A DNA stretch of 64,000 nucleotides from Eledone cirrhosa. Lineage: Eukaryota. This document shows, one piece after another, positions 51,961 through 64,000 of the stretch. The DNA lies in contig OZ024741.1 of the NCBI GenBank assembly GCA_964016885.1, positions 66,154,001-66,218,000 of the forward strand, in the 5' to 3' direction. The notes below the pieces were generated by a model. It worked only from the letters and a program-made list of their open reading frames with translations. It searched no databases and was not told where the DNA came from. The position numbers were made by a program, and so were the translations under genes. Every line of letters starts with the position of its first letter. Position 1 is the stretch's first letter.

Positions 51961-53691
51961 GACATATAGTAGCACAGAGTGTATGTAACAATATACGAGG
52001 ACAGAAAGTAATTCTTTCAAATTATTTACTTGTTTTACACATGTTTCAATACATTATATCTAATTAATGTTTATGTTATGCTCAATTTAGTAGAAGATAT
52101 CAAAACATTAATTATATATAATGTATTGAAATATATGTAAAACAAGTAAATGGTTTGAAAGAATTATTTTCTGTCTATCTGTCTGTCTCTGTGTGTGTGT
52201 GTGTGTATGTGTGTGGTATTGGATATTTTATAATTGCCTGACAGTGTTATGTTAATTAATAACAGTATTGTGGAGGTGTGTGGCTTAGTGGTAAGGATGT
52301 CCGACTTATGATCATAATGTTGTGAGTTTGATTCCTGGACTGGTTTGTGTGTTGTGTTCTTGAACCAAACACTTTATTTCACATTGCTCAAGTATACTCA
52401 GCTGAAAAATGAGTACCAGCAATAGCTGGGGTTTTAAACCTTGTGATGGACTGGTGTCCTGTCCAGGGAGTGTCATCACACACTCAACCACTACTACCAC
52501 CAGCAACAGCAACACCACAACCACCAGTGCCACCAACAACATCAACAACAAAACAAGAACAGCATCACTATCACCATAACCGCCAACAAACACCAAGACC
52601 ACTATCATCATCATCATCACTCTAACCGTATCATCTATATTTTCTTTACCTTTATGTTTTAACATATTTCTCATTAATCAATCTTAATTACTGTATTTGA
52701 TTATCTATTTCATTTTTTCACCCCCACCATCATAACACACCACACTCACCACCATAACCACCATCGCAACACACCACACACACCACCACAACAAACCACA
52801 CACAGCACCACCACAACAAACCACCAACACCACGACAACAACCACACACAGAACCATCACAACAAACCAACACCACCACCACAACAACAAACCACACTCA
52901 CCACCACCACCACTACTACAACAAACCACACATCACCACCATCACTACAACAAACCACACACACTACCACCACCACAACCACCAGCACTACGACAACAAC
53001 AACCACTACCACCACCACCACTACAACCACCACCACCACTACAACAACTACCACCACCACCACTACCACCACCACCACCAGCACTACCACCACCACCACT
53101 ACTACCACCACCACCACCACCACCACCACTACCGCCACCACCACTACCACTACCACCACTACAACCACCACCACTACAACCACCACCACAACAACCACCA
53201 CCACTACAACCACCACCACCACTACAACAACTACCACCACTACCACCACCACCACCAGCACTACCACCACCACCACTACTACCACCACCACCACTACCAC
53301 CACCACCACCACCACCACCACCACTACCGCCACCACCACTACCACTACCACCACTACAACCACCACCACTACAACCACCACCACAACAACCACCACCACT
53401 ACAACCACCACTTCCATTTATAAACACTTTTATCTAAATTGTTTTTCTCTTCACTTTCAATCACATACTGCCAGTACATACACATACATACACAGTTTGT
53501 TCATTTATCCACACACATGCTGCCTGTACATACACACATACATACTGCCTGTACATACACAGACACAACAGCCTGTACGTATACACACAGACACACATAT
53601 ACTGCCTGTACATACAACTACATACACACATATATACTGCTTGTATATACATACACACATGCTGCCTGTACATACAACCACACACACACAC

Positions 53692-55335
53692 ATAATATAA
53701 TAATAATGAAATTATTGTGTACAGTGCTCAGGTGCACTACAACTCATCAAAGGTGTGTGTATAGTACATAGAATAATGTTCAAATGTCAGGAAAATGAAC
53801 AGTGTATGAGTCATGATATACATGTGTGTATGTGTATGGAGGGAGGATATCAGGTGTAGTGTTGGCGAATTTCAGGAAGCATGGAGGTTTTAAAGGATGC
53901 AGTGTCTCGACAGCTAACAACTGATGCAGGTAGTTTGTTCTATGGAGGTTTTAAAGGATGCAGTGTCTCGACAGCTAACAACTGATGCAGGTAGTTTGTT
54001 CTATGGAGGTTTTAAAGGATGCAGTGTCTTGACAGTTAACAACTGATGCAGGTAGTTTGTTCTATGGAGGTTTTAAAGGATGCAGTGTCTCGACAGCTAA
54101 CAACTGATGCAGGTAGTTTGTTCCATGGAGGTTTTAAAGGATGCAGTGTCTCGACAGCTAACAACTGATGCAGGTAGTTTGTTCCATGGAGGTTTTAAAG
54201 GATGCAGTGTCTCGACAGTTAACAACTGATGCAGGTAGTTTGTTCTATGGAGGTTTTAAAGGATGCAGTGTCTCGACAGCTAACAACTGATGCAGATAGT
54301 TTGTTCTATGGGGGTTTTAAAGGATGCAGTGTCTCGACAGCTAACAACTGATGCAGATAGTTTGTTCCATGGGGGTTTTAAAGGATGCAGTGTCTCGACA
54401 GCTAACAACTGATGCAGGTAGTTTGTTCCATGGAGGTTTTAAAGGATGCAGTGTCTCGACAGTTAACAACTGATGCAGGTAGTTTGTTCCATGGAGGTTT
54501 TAAAGGATGCTGTGTCTCGATTGTTAACAACTGATGCAGGTAGTTTGTTCTATGGAGGTTTTAAAGGATGCAGTGTCTCGACAGCTAACAACTGATGCAG
54601 ATAGTTTGTTCCATGGGGGTTTTAAAGGATGCAGTGTCTCGACAGTTAACAACTGATGCAGGTAGTTTGTTCTATGGAGGTTTTAAAGGATGCAGTGTCT
54701 CGACAGCTAACAACTGATGCAGATAGTTTGTTCTATGGTGGTTTTAAAGGATGCAGTGTCTCGACAGCTAACAACTGATGCAGGTAGTTTGTTCCATGGA
54801 GGTTTTAAAGGATGCAGTGTCTCGACAGTTAACAACTGATGCAGGTAGTTTGTTCCATGGAGGTTTTAAAGGATGCAGTGTCTCGACTGTTAACAACTGA
54901 TGCAGGTAGTTTGTTCTATGGAGGTTTTAAAGGATGCAGTGTCTCGACAGCTAACAACTGATGCAGATAGTTTGTTCCATGGGGGTTTTAAAGGATGCAG
55001 TGTCTCGACAGTTAACAACTGATGCAGGCAGTTTGTTCTATGCTTCAGCAACTCTGAGCGTGAAAAAATGTTTCCGAAAGTCATGGGAGCTGTGCTGTTT
55101 TCTGACTTTGTAGGCATGTCCACAGGTGTTAGACACATGGAATTCAAAAAGGTGCTCAGGGTTGTTGTTGTTGGCAAGATGGTTAATAATATTGTGGGTG
55201 TTTACCAAGTCAGTTGCCAGACGTTGGAACTTCAATGTATTCATGCCCAGGGAAGCAAGGTGTTCAGAGTATGGTAGATGCCTGATGGAGGGTATTCACT
55301 TGGTTGCACGTCTCTGAACAGTTTCCAGGTCAATG
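53692..55335 (-). mobile_element. CR1-type LINE 3' fragment containing a 61-bp tandem array
   Basis: IDLETVQRRATK, TCGHAYKV, RKHFFTLRV, WNKLPASVV peptides; (ATT)n tail. Confidence 0.85.
53881..55040. repeat. 61-bp tandem satellite (~19 copies)
   Basis: Unit ATGGAGGTTTTAAAGGATGCAGTGTCTCGACAGCTAACAACTGATGCAGGTAGTTTGTTCT. Confidence 0.95.
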
Positions 55336-56100
55336 TACTGCTTGTACATACAACAACACACATGCTGCCAGTATATATATCCACGCACACACACTGCCTG
55401 TACATACACCAACACACACACACACACTGCCTGTACATACACCAACACACACACACACACACACACACTGCCTGTACATACACCAACACACACTGCCTGT
55501 ACATACACCAACACACACACACACTGCCTGTACATACAACACATACACACACTGCCTGTACATACAACACACACACACACACACACACTGCTTGTACATA
55601 CAACCACACACAAACATACTGCCTGTACATACACACACACACACTGCCTGTACATACAACACACACACACTGCCTGTACATACAACCACACACACACTGC
55701 CTGTACATACAACCACACACACACACACACATACTGCTTGTACATACAACACACACACACACACTGCCTGTACATACAACACACACACACACACACACTG
55801 CCTGTACATACAACCACACACACACTGCCTGTACATACAACCACACACACACACACACACACTGCCTGTACATACAACAACACACACATGCTACCACTAC
55901 ATACAACCACACACACACACATATATATATATATACTACCAGTACATACAACCATACACACATATACACTGCTTGTATGTACAGCTACACACACATGCTG
56001 CCAGTGCATACAACCAAACACATATATACTGCAGTACATACAGCTACACACACACACATGCTGCCAGTGCATACAACCACACATATATACTGCAGTACAC
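55335..56100. repeat. ACTGCCTGTACATAC(AC)n minisatellite (also 53465-53690)
   Basis: Fixed core with variable (CA)n spacers; split by the CR1 insertion. Confidence 0.9.
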
Positions 56101-59100
56101 ATGTGCTCCCACCAACACCTCTACACAGTCTGAACCTCTTTACCAGTCAAGTTTTGTTTCAGTTCAATTCATATCAGAATCTATTAATATTCAATCAGAT
56201 ATCTTTACCAACATTAATGTAGACAATATCAAAACCAGATTTGACATTTCCTTCCATGCTTTGTTTCACATATTAGAAATTATTATTATTAATATTCTTA
56301 AGGGCAGTGAATTGGTAGTACTGGTTGAGCACTGGACACCATGCTTTGTGGCTTAGAGTTATGGCCCTTTATGTTCTGCTTTCCCTTCATCTTTATGAGG
56401 TCAATAAAATAAAGTACCAGTAATGCACTGGGGTCAATCAGAAACCATTATTAATGTTCTTGAGAGTTGCAGGTTGGCAGAATCGTTAGAGAATCAGACA
56501 AATGCTGAGCAGTATTTGTTCTGACTCTTTACATTCAGATTTCAAATCCTGATGAGGTCAACTTTGCCTTTAATCTTTCTGGAGTCAACCATTTTTAAAG
56601 ATGGTGGATCAACAGAATTGGTAGAGCATTGGTTAAAATACCATTGTAATATTTGCTCTGGCCTTTTACATTCTGAGTTCAAATCCTGCCATGGTCAACT
56701 TTGCCTCTCACACTTCCAGAATGATAAAATAAAGTACCAGTCAAGTACTGGGATTGATTTAATCAACTTTGCCTTTGCCTTTCCTTAAAATCTGCTAGCC
56801 TTGTACCTAAACCAGAAATCAACACTGTTGAGGTTGGTGGGTTGGCAGGGTTGTTAATGTCAGATAAATGTATAGCAATATTTGTTGAAGCTTTTTCGAT
56901 TCAGAATTCAAGTTCTGCTAATGTCAACTTTGCCTCTCGTCTTTCTGAGGTTGATCAAATAAAGTACCATCCCCTTCTCCTCAAGTTACTGGCCTTGTGC
57001 CTATGTTAAAAATACTTATTATAAATTGTCTTCTTCCTCCTCATTTTACCCACACCATTTTATAGATGCATATTAGAGCTGATGATAGAATCTTAACATG
57101 ATCACTTGACCTGCTAGAAAAGGCAGTCAAGTCTCCATATAATTACACTGAAATGATTTTTTTTTTTAACTCTTAAAATCCTGTACTGCATGAAAACCAC
57201 ACTTTAGCATTTAAACCAGCCATATCCGACCAGAATTCTCTTACCTCTTTCTGTTCAAACCGGCTGTAACTAGCTAATCATACTGATCTTAAGGTATTGT
57301 TCTCAAAATAAATAATTGTTTCTACTTTAGGCACAAGGCCAGCAATTACCCGGTGCATTACTGGTACTTTATTTTATCGACCCCGTAAGGATGAAAGGCA
57401 AAGTCAACCTCGGCGGGATTTGAACTCAGATCGTAAAGGGATGTAACTAATTCTCAAAATAAATAATATCAAAATCTCATAGATTCAATATTATGTGAGA
57501 TAAAGCCTTTACTGTGAAAATACAATAGTAAATATAGAGTAATATAAATGCTAAAAGGTTAATAAAACATTCTTGAAAAGTATAAAACAGCTCTATGACT
57601 GCATCACATTTGAAATTAAAGTTTTTACTTTAGTTTACTCACAATTTTTCCAATATTATAAACATTTGAATTAACAAATCTGTTTTTAAATATTTTTTGC
57701 TAAATCATTACAGGATGTTAAGAGTTTCAAAACCTGCAGAGGTTGACTTTGCCTTTCATCATTTTGAGAAATAAAATACCAGTCTTGAGGGATGGACTGG
57801 TAGAATTGGTAGACCATTAGATGAGATGCTTTACAATATCTGTTCCCATTCATTGTATTCTGATAGCAATGTATGCAATGATACTGGTGCCAAGTTGTAT
57901 TGATCCTTGCCTTTTCCTTTCACAATAACAGTGGCATGGACAGGGGACACCAGGTAGGATGTTTTACAATATCTATTTTAGGTCTTTGCATTCTGATGTT
58001 AATGCAAGCTATGAAACTGGTGCGAAGATGTATTGGTTCTTGTCTTTTTCTTAGAAAACATTAGTGCCATGGAAAGGAGAAATTTGCATGCATAGGTAAC
58101 TGTTGATTTTATGCACCTTGGAAAAGAATTTTACATATGTAGATCCATAGTCCCATGAGACACAGAGAAGACTGAAGGGCACCATTGCAGTCATTGGAAA
58201 TAGTACTGGAAATAACAGAATCTTCTTTCAAATTGCACCCTATTGTCTTAATCCTTTAGCATTTACGTTACTCTATATTTACTATTATATTTTCATGGTA
58301 AACACTTTACCTCACATAATTATCTCACAAACCATCGAATCTTATAGAATTTGATATGATTTATTTTGAGAACAATACCTTAATATAAATATGAGCAGCT
58401 GGTTAAGGCCAGTTTGAAGAGAAAAAGGTGAGAGAATTCTGGCTGGATACAGCCAGTTTAAATGCTAAAGGGTTAAAAAAGAACATGATGCCATAATCCT
58501 GAGTTTCCTGCACATAGGAAATTTACATGATGGTCACAGTTGGAATACCTTTGATCATAAGCTTGCTAGATCTTGGCTTATCTGTGGCTAAATAACAATA
58601 ACCAACACCATCTCTTCCTATATTAACAACAATACACACACTAATGAGGAAGCCATTACATAGTCACTAGACCTACTAAAAATAGCAACAAAATCTTTTT
58701 TTTACACCAAACTGCTTTGGATTTGCAGAGCTTTTCTGCTAGAGAACGGGTTGCAGGTGGCAGATAGTGTTACGGCAACCCAATGATGTAGCTACAATGA
58801 GGCTAGTAAAGGTAATAGAATACAGCTCATTAAAAATGTTTATCTCTATATCAAAACTTTTAATTATAATTTCATTTAAGAAATTTTTGTTATTCTAAAT
58901 ATCAGCTTACTAATAAAAGAGTTAGTTATTTGATTAAATTCTTTCCAACATTTGATTATTTTGAAAATTAATTACTTGAAACATTTGGGCAGAGTATTTT
59001 ATTAGAAATATGATAATGAAAGGGTTGAAAGAGGAAGGACATATTGGATAATGTGATCCTGGACACACACTCTGCCTGAAAGAAATAGATGAGATGGTCA

Positions 59101-60840
59101 TAAATGGAATCATTTAATCATAGCTCTGCTTGATTAGAACTAATTAGGAGCTCTATAACAACAACAACAAAAACAATGCACATAAGGAATCTTTTATGTA
59201 GTCTCTGCTAGAAATAGCAGCCAAATCTCCCAGGTTACACTCTAGCAGTTTAAAAAAGAAGTGAGTTATTGGATAATATGTTACTAGATATGCAAAGAAG
59301 AGGATGAGATAATTTGGTCTGCTTAATCAAGGTTGACCGAGTGCTAAACAACAACAAAATCCACAAAAAAATAACTTTTACCACTACCACCACCGCTACT
59401 ACTACTACTACCACCACCACCACCACCACCACCACCACCACCACCATCACTACTACTACCACCACCACCACCACTACCACCACTGCTACTACTACTACTA
59501 CTACCACCACCACCACCACCATCACCACTACTACCACCACTACTACTACCACTACTACCACCACCACCACCACTACCACCACTGCTACTACTACTACTAC
59601 TACTACTACTAAGATAGTTGTGTTTCAGTTTATTTTCATCGCTCCTGATTAGTGAGTAATGTTACTTTTAAATACAGACTAGTAGAAGTTAGCTCTCCAT
59701 TCAATACAACATAGGCTGCAAACTCCCCTATTTCTCCCCCCCCCCATCCCTCTGTCTCAGTGCCTAACCAGTTGAGTCTTCAAGTCTGCAAGTCAAGTAT
59801 GTTTACAACAGATATGCCCAGATTTTAGCCAGGGAGGTCACATGGTAAGTATTGTGGCCTACTAAGTAAGTGCTTGTTAAGGGTAAAAATATTCTAAAAT
59901 TAATTAATGAAAGGTTAAGTGAAAATTAATTAAGGTAATTGAGAAAGATAATACAAGAGGACAGATTGCTGGATTACCGGATATACTCAATTATAAGGTA
60001 ATATAAACTGCTCCTCCCCTTTATTTTATGTCTGAGAAAGGGGTATAATCCAAACCCTATTTATAAGCCAAGGCAGCTAATCAACACATTGTTTAGATGG
60101 TGTATATAAACCAACCCCCTTTCATTTTACCATAGATTTTTTGTCACATATTTCTCAGCTTATATACAAGTATATATTATAATTGAATTTTTACAGCTCA
60201 CTATATTATATATGTGGGACTTTAGCAAATGTTTATCTTGCATGCTGAAGCCACCAACTCCTCTATCGTATCACCGTTTAACGTCCATTTTCTATGCTAG
60301 CATGGGTTAGACGAGTTCCCCCATTGTGAGACAAGCCAGGTCTGATGACCACGACTGGTTTTCACTTGGTTTCTACAGCTGGATGCCCTTCCTAACACCA
60401 ACCACATTTACAGTGAGTGCTGGGTGATTTTTGTTATGCACCTTCACGACTACTTTACAGTATGGGCTGGGTGCATTTTGTCGTGACACCTACATGACCA
60501 CTTTACAGTGTGAGCTGGGCACTTTTTGTCATGACACCTACATCATTATCAACATCATCAACATTTAGCATCTGCTTTATACGGTAGTTAATTCTAAGAT
60601 GAATTACCTGAGATTATAATTAAAATCTTCCAGGCATCTTATTTTCATAGGTAGCAAAGTATTCTCCAGTACCATGTTACATTGTCCTTTGTTGTCTCTG
60701 TCATGAGGTTCAGTTTCCTAAGATCAGTCTTCACTACTTCATCCACGTCTTCCTTGGTCTACCACTTCCACAGGTCCCATCCACAGAGATTTATCTGCAC
60801 TTTTTTTATATAGCTGTCATTTTCCATACACATCACTATA

Positions 60841-62497
60841 AGGTGGTCGTGTTGGTGACACAACAAAAAAGCACCCATTCCACACTGCAAAGTGGTCACC
60901 TTGGTGCCATAACAAAAAGCACCCAATCTACACTGTACGGTGGTCGTGCTGATGACACAACAAAAAGCACGCAGTCCACACTGTAATGTGGTCGTGCTAA
61001 TGACACAACAAAAAGCACCTAGTCCACACTAATGTGGTCGTGCTGATGACACAACAAAAAGCACCTAGTCCACACTGTAATGTGGTCGTGCTGATGACAC
61101 AACAAAAAGTATCTAGTCCACACTGTAAGGTGGTCGTGCTAATGACACAACAAAAAGCACCTGGTCCACACTGTAATGTGGTCGTGCTGATGACACAACA
61201 AAAAGCACCCAGTCCACACTGTAAGGTGGTCGTGCTAATGACACAACAAAAAGAATCCAGTCCACACTGTAAGGTGGTCGTGCTAATGACACAACAAAAA
61301 GCACCCAGTCCACACTGTAATGTGGTCGTGCTAATGACACAACAAAAAGCACCCAGTCCACACTGTAATGTGGTCATGCTAATGACACAACAAAAAGCAC
61401 CTAGTCCACACTGTAATGTGGTCGTGCTGATGACACATCAAAAAGTATCTAGTCCACACTGTAAGGTGGTCGTGCTAATGACACAACAAAAAGAATCCAG
61501 TCCACACTGTAATGTGGTCGTGCTGATGACACAACAAAAAGTATCTAGTCCCCACTGTAAGGTGGTCGTGCTGATGACACAACAAAAAGTATCTAGTCCA
61601 CACTGTAATGTGGTCGTGCTAATGACACAACAAAAAGTATCTAGTCCACACTGTAAGGTGGTCGTGCTGATGACACAACAAAAAGCACCTAGTCCACACT
61701 GTAATGTGGTCGTGCTGATGACACAACAAAAAGTATCTAGTCCACACTGTAAGGTGGTCGTGCTAATGACACAACAAAAAGCACCTAGTCCACACTGTAA
61801 TGTGGTCGTGCTGATGACACAACAAAAAGCACCCAGTCCACACTGTAAGGTGGTCGTGCTGATGACACAACAAAAAGTATCTAGTCCACACTGTAAGGTG
61901 GTCGTGCTAATGACACAACAAAAAGCACCTAGTCCACACTGTAATGTGGTCGTGCTGATGACACAACAAAAAGCACCCAGTCCACACTGTAAGGTGGTCG
62001 TGCTGATGACACAACAAAAAGTATCCAGTCCACACTGTAATGTGGTCGTGCTGATGACACAACAAAAAGCACCCAGTCCACACTGTAAGGTGGTCGTGCT
62101 GATGACACAACAAAAAGTATCCAGTCCACACTGTAATGTGGTCGTGCTGATGACACAACAAAAAGCACCCAGTCCACACTGTAATGTGGTTGTGCTGATG
62201 ACACAACAAAAAGCACCCAGTCCACACTGTAAGGTGGTCGTGCTGATGACACAACAAAAAATATCCAGTCCACACTGTAATGTGGTCTTTTCAGTGTCAC
62301 AATAAAAAGCACTCAGTCCACACTGTAAATGTGATTTGCATTAGGAAGGGCATCCAGCCGTAGAAACCAAGCCAAAATACAGATCTGTATGAGCAAGATG
62401 TGGTCTCTGTACCTAACTTGACTAATTATGTGACAACCCGTCTAACCTATGCAAGCATGGAAAATGGACGTTAAACGATGACGATGATGACGACAAT
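60841..62497 (+). repeat. RTE-derived non-autonomous element with 48-bp unit expanded ~31 times
   Basis: Unit GTGGTCGTGCTGATGACACAACAAAAAGCACCCAGTCCACACTGTAAT; followed by TTAGGAAGGGCATCC and an RTE tail. Confidence 0.9.
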
Positions 62498-62712
62498 GAC
62501 ATAACCATGCCAGAACAATCTTCTTTCTTTCATACTACATCAAATTCCTCTTATGCCAAGTTTTTCTCTCACTTATACTACATCACTGATGCATAACAAC
62601 ATAACACATCTTCCAGAACATACTTCATTTCTTACTAGTCTTTACAGTTCTTCTGCAGTGAAGACCATGCTTCACAGCCATGTAGCATTGCAGTTCATAT
62701 GCAAGCATCATA

Positions 62713-62910
62713 TGAGAGTGGGCTGAAAAGTTCATAGGCTGACTATGAAGGAGTGATGCTAGAGCTGTGAAATCTTGCATGCATTCAATTGAACACTTCT
62801 TATTAATAACTGTATTGTTTCTTTCCAGGGACTGTGTTGAAAAATAAACCTTATTTAGTCATTCCATGAGAGTATCTTGGTCAACCTATGAACTTTTTAG
62901 CCGACACTCA
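62713..62910. mobile_element. mariner-like MITE
   Basis: TA|TGAGAGTGGGCTGAAAAGTTCATAGG ... CCTATGAACTTTTTAGCCGACACTCA|TA; splits the RTE at a TA. Confidence 0.8.
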
Positions 62911-63000
62911 TACAGTCTGTCCTTTACTCTAAGAGTGAAGCCATTTGTTGTCAGCAGAGGTACTAGTTCCCTAAACTTCTAGTCCATTCATAGTTTAGCC

Positions 63001-63183
63001 CAGGGTTCTCAAACTTTTTCAGATGCGGCACCCTTTTTGGTTCAGGAGCTTTTGGGGTTCCCCCAAAATCTAATACTGTTATATCATCGTAATATAAATA
63101 TACTTTTCTACTTTTTTTCACAGAACTCCAGACACTCCTTGGCAGACCCTTGTGTTCCGTGGAACCCACTTTGGGAACCACTG
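63001..63183. mobile_element. hAT (Charlie-like) MITE
   Basis: CAGGGTTCTCAAAC / TTTGGGAACCACTG ends; degenerate 8-bp TSD GTTTAGCC / GTCTAACT. Confidence 0.7.
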
Positions 63184-64000
63184 GTCTAACTACTATATTC
63201 TCTGATCATCCACCCTATCCCACTGCATGTTCCATAACAAGAGTATTATCAATATTTATTCCAGAGTAGTCTTTTCTATAGATGGCAATATACATTGTTT
63301 TACCAGCCACACCATGTCACATTGTGAGGTACTACCTTGAGCACATCTGTGGTAGCTGCTAAATCATATGTGTAATAAATATGACATCTTTTGGGTTGCA
63401 TCTTACAACTTAACCTTTTAGCATATCTGGCCAGAATTCTCTCACTACTTTCTGTTCAAACTGGCCATAACTGGTTGCGCATACTGACATTAAGGTATTG
63501 TATTCAAAATAAATAACATCAAAATCTCATAGAGTCCATATTATGTGAGGTAAAGCTTCTACCATGAAAATATTATAGTAGGGTAGTGTAAATGGTAAAG
63601 GGTTAAAGAGCTTTACAGTTTTATTCATTGTGTATTTTATAGATATTTTCTGCCATGACAACAGACTATGATGATGATGATGTTTCTCTCTCATATACAC
63701 AAACACACCCACCTTACTCTTTCTAGTTCCTTCTTTCTCTACTAGTTGCTTTCTCTTTACTCCCACTGCTTTTCTTTTTCTTCATTCCTTTCAGTCATTC
63801 TTTCTTTCTTTCCCATGTCTCTTTACCTTCTTTTTTCTTTCTTTCCCATTTTCTCATGTCTCTTTACCTTCTTTTTTTTCCCAATCCTCCATTTCAATGA
63901 TTATAAGATTTATTTCATAGTAGTAGTAGTAGTAGTGGTGGTTGTGGTAGTAGTAGTTTCTTTTTTAATATTTCTTTGTTTTCTGATTTTGCCAAATAGA

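Larger units (their letters stand above)
60600..63410 (-). pseudogene. Old degenerate RTE copy interrupted by three insertions
   Basis: Segments 60600-60835, 62500-62712, 62911-63000 and 63184-63410 are collinear with the RTE C-terminal half. Confidence 0.65.

Noticed and set aside
55241-56356. Cys/His-rich ORFs; CRISPR-like repeat-spacer look
   Set aside because: Spacers are only variable (CA)n; simple minisatellite
60841-62330. CRISPR-like array or 423-aa repeat protein
   Set aside because: Head-to-tail 48-bp units with no unique spacers, derived from RTE UTR sequence; no cas genes; eukaryotic context

Overview
This is eukaryotic, AT-rich, repeat-saturated DNA. The SINE/RTE repertoire and very long (TA)n/(CA)n/(CAC)n tracts suggest a cephalopod such as octopus (inference). 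No host protein-coding gene can be supported, and most ORFs in the track are microsatellite or antisense artefacts. The window is a nested transposon landscape. It holds one full-length RTE LINE with an intact 1022-aa APE-RT ORF (43999-47067, family B) and six copies of a second young RTE family (A), mostly in (TA)n. Both RTE families carry a PHD-like C4HC3 finger inserted inside the RT domain. A Naiad-type Penelope-like element missed by the ORF track spans about 39710-47234: a GIY-YIG ORF with one in-frame TGA, an inverted pseudo-LTR pair and an intact type I hammerhead ribozyme. Several further hammerhead motifs lie in solo pseudo-LTRs. Also present are CR1 and Vingi/Ingi fragments, non-autonomous Helitrons, pogo/mariner/hAT/piggyBac-type MITEs, two tRNA-SINE families, and four satellites (48, 61, 69 and 99 bp) that grew out of retroelement sequence. 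Translations, pairings and coordinates were read by eye, so boundaries may be off by a few bases.
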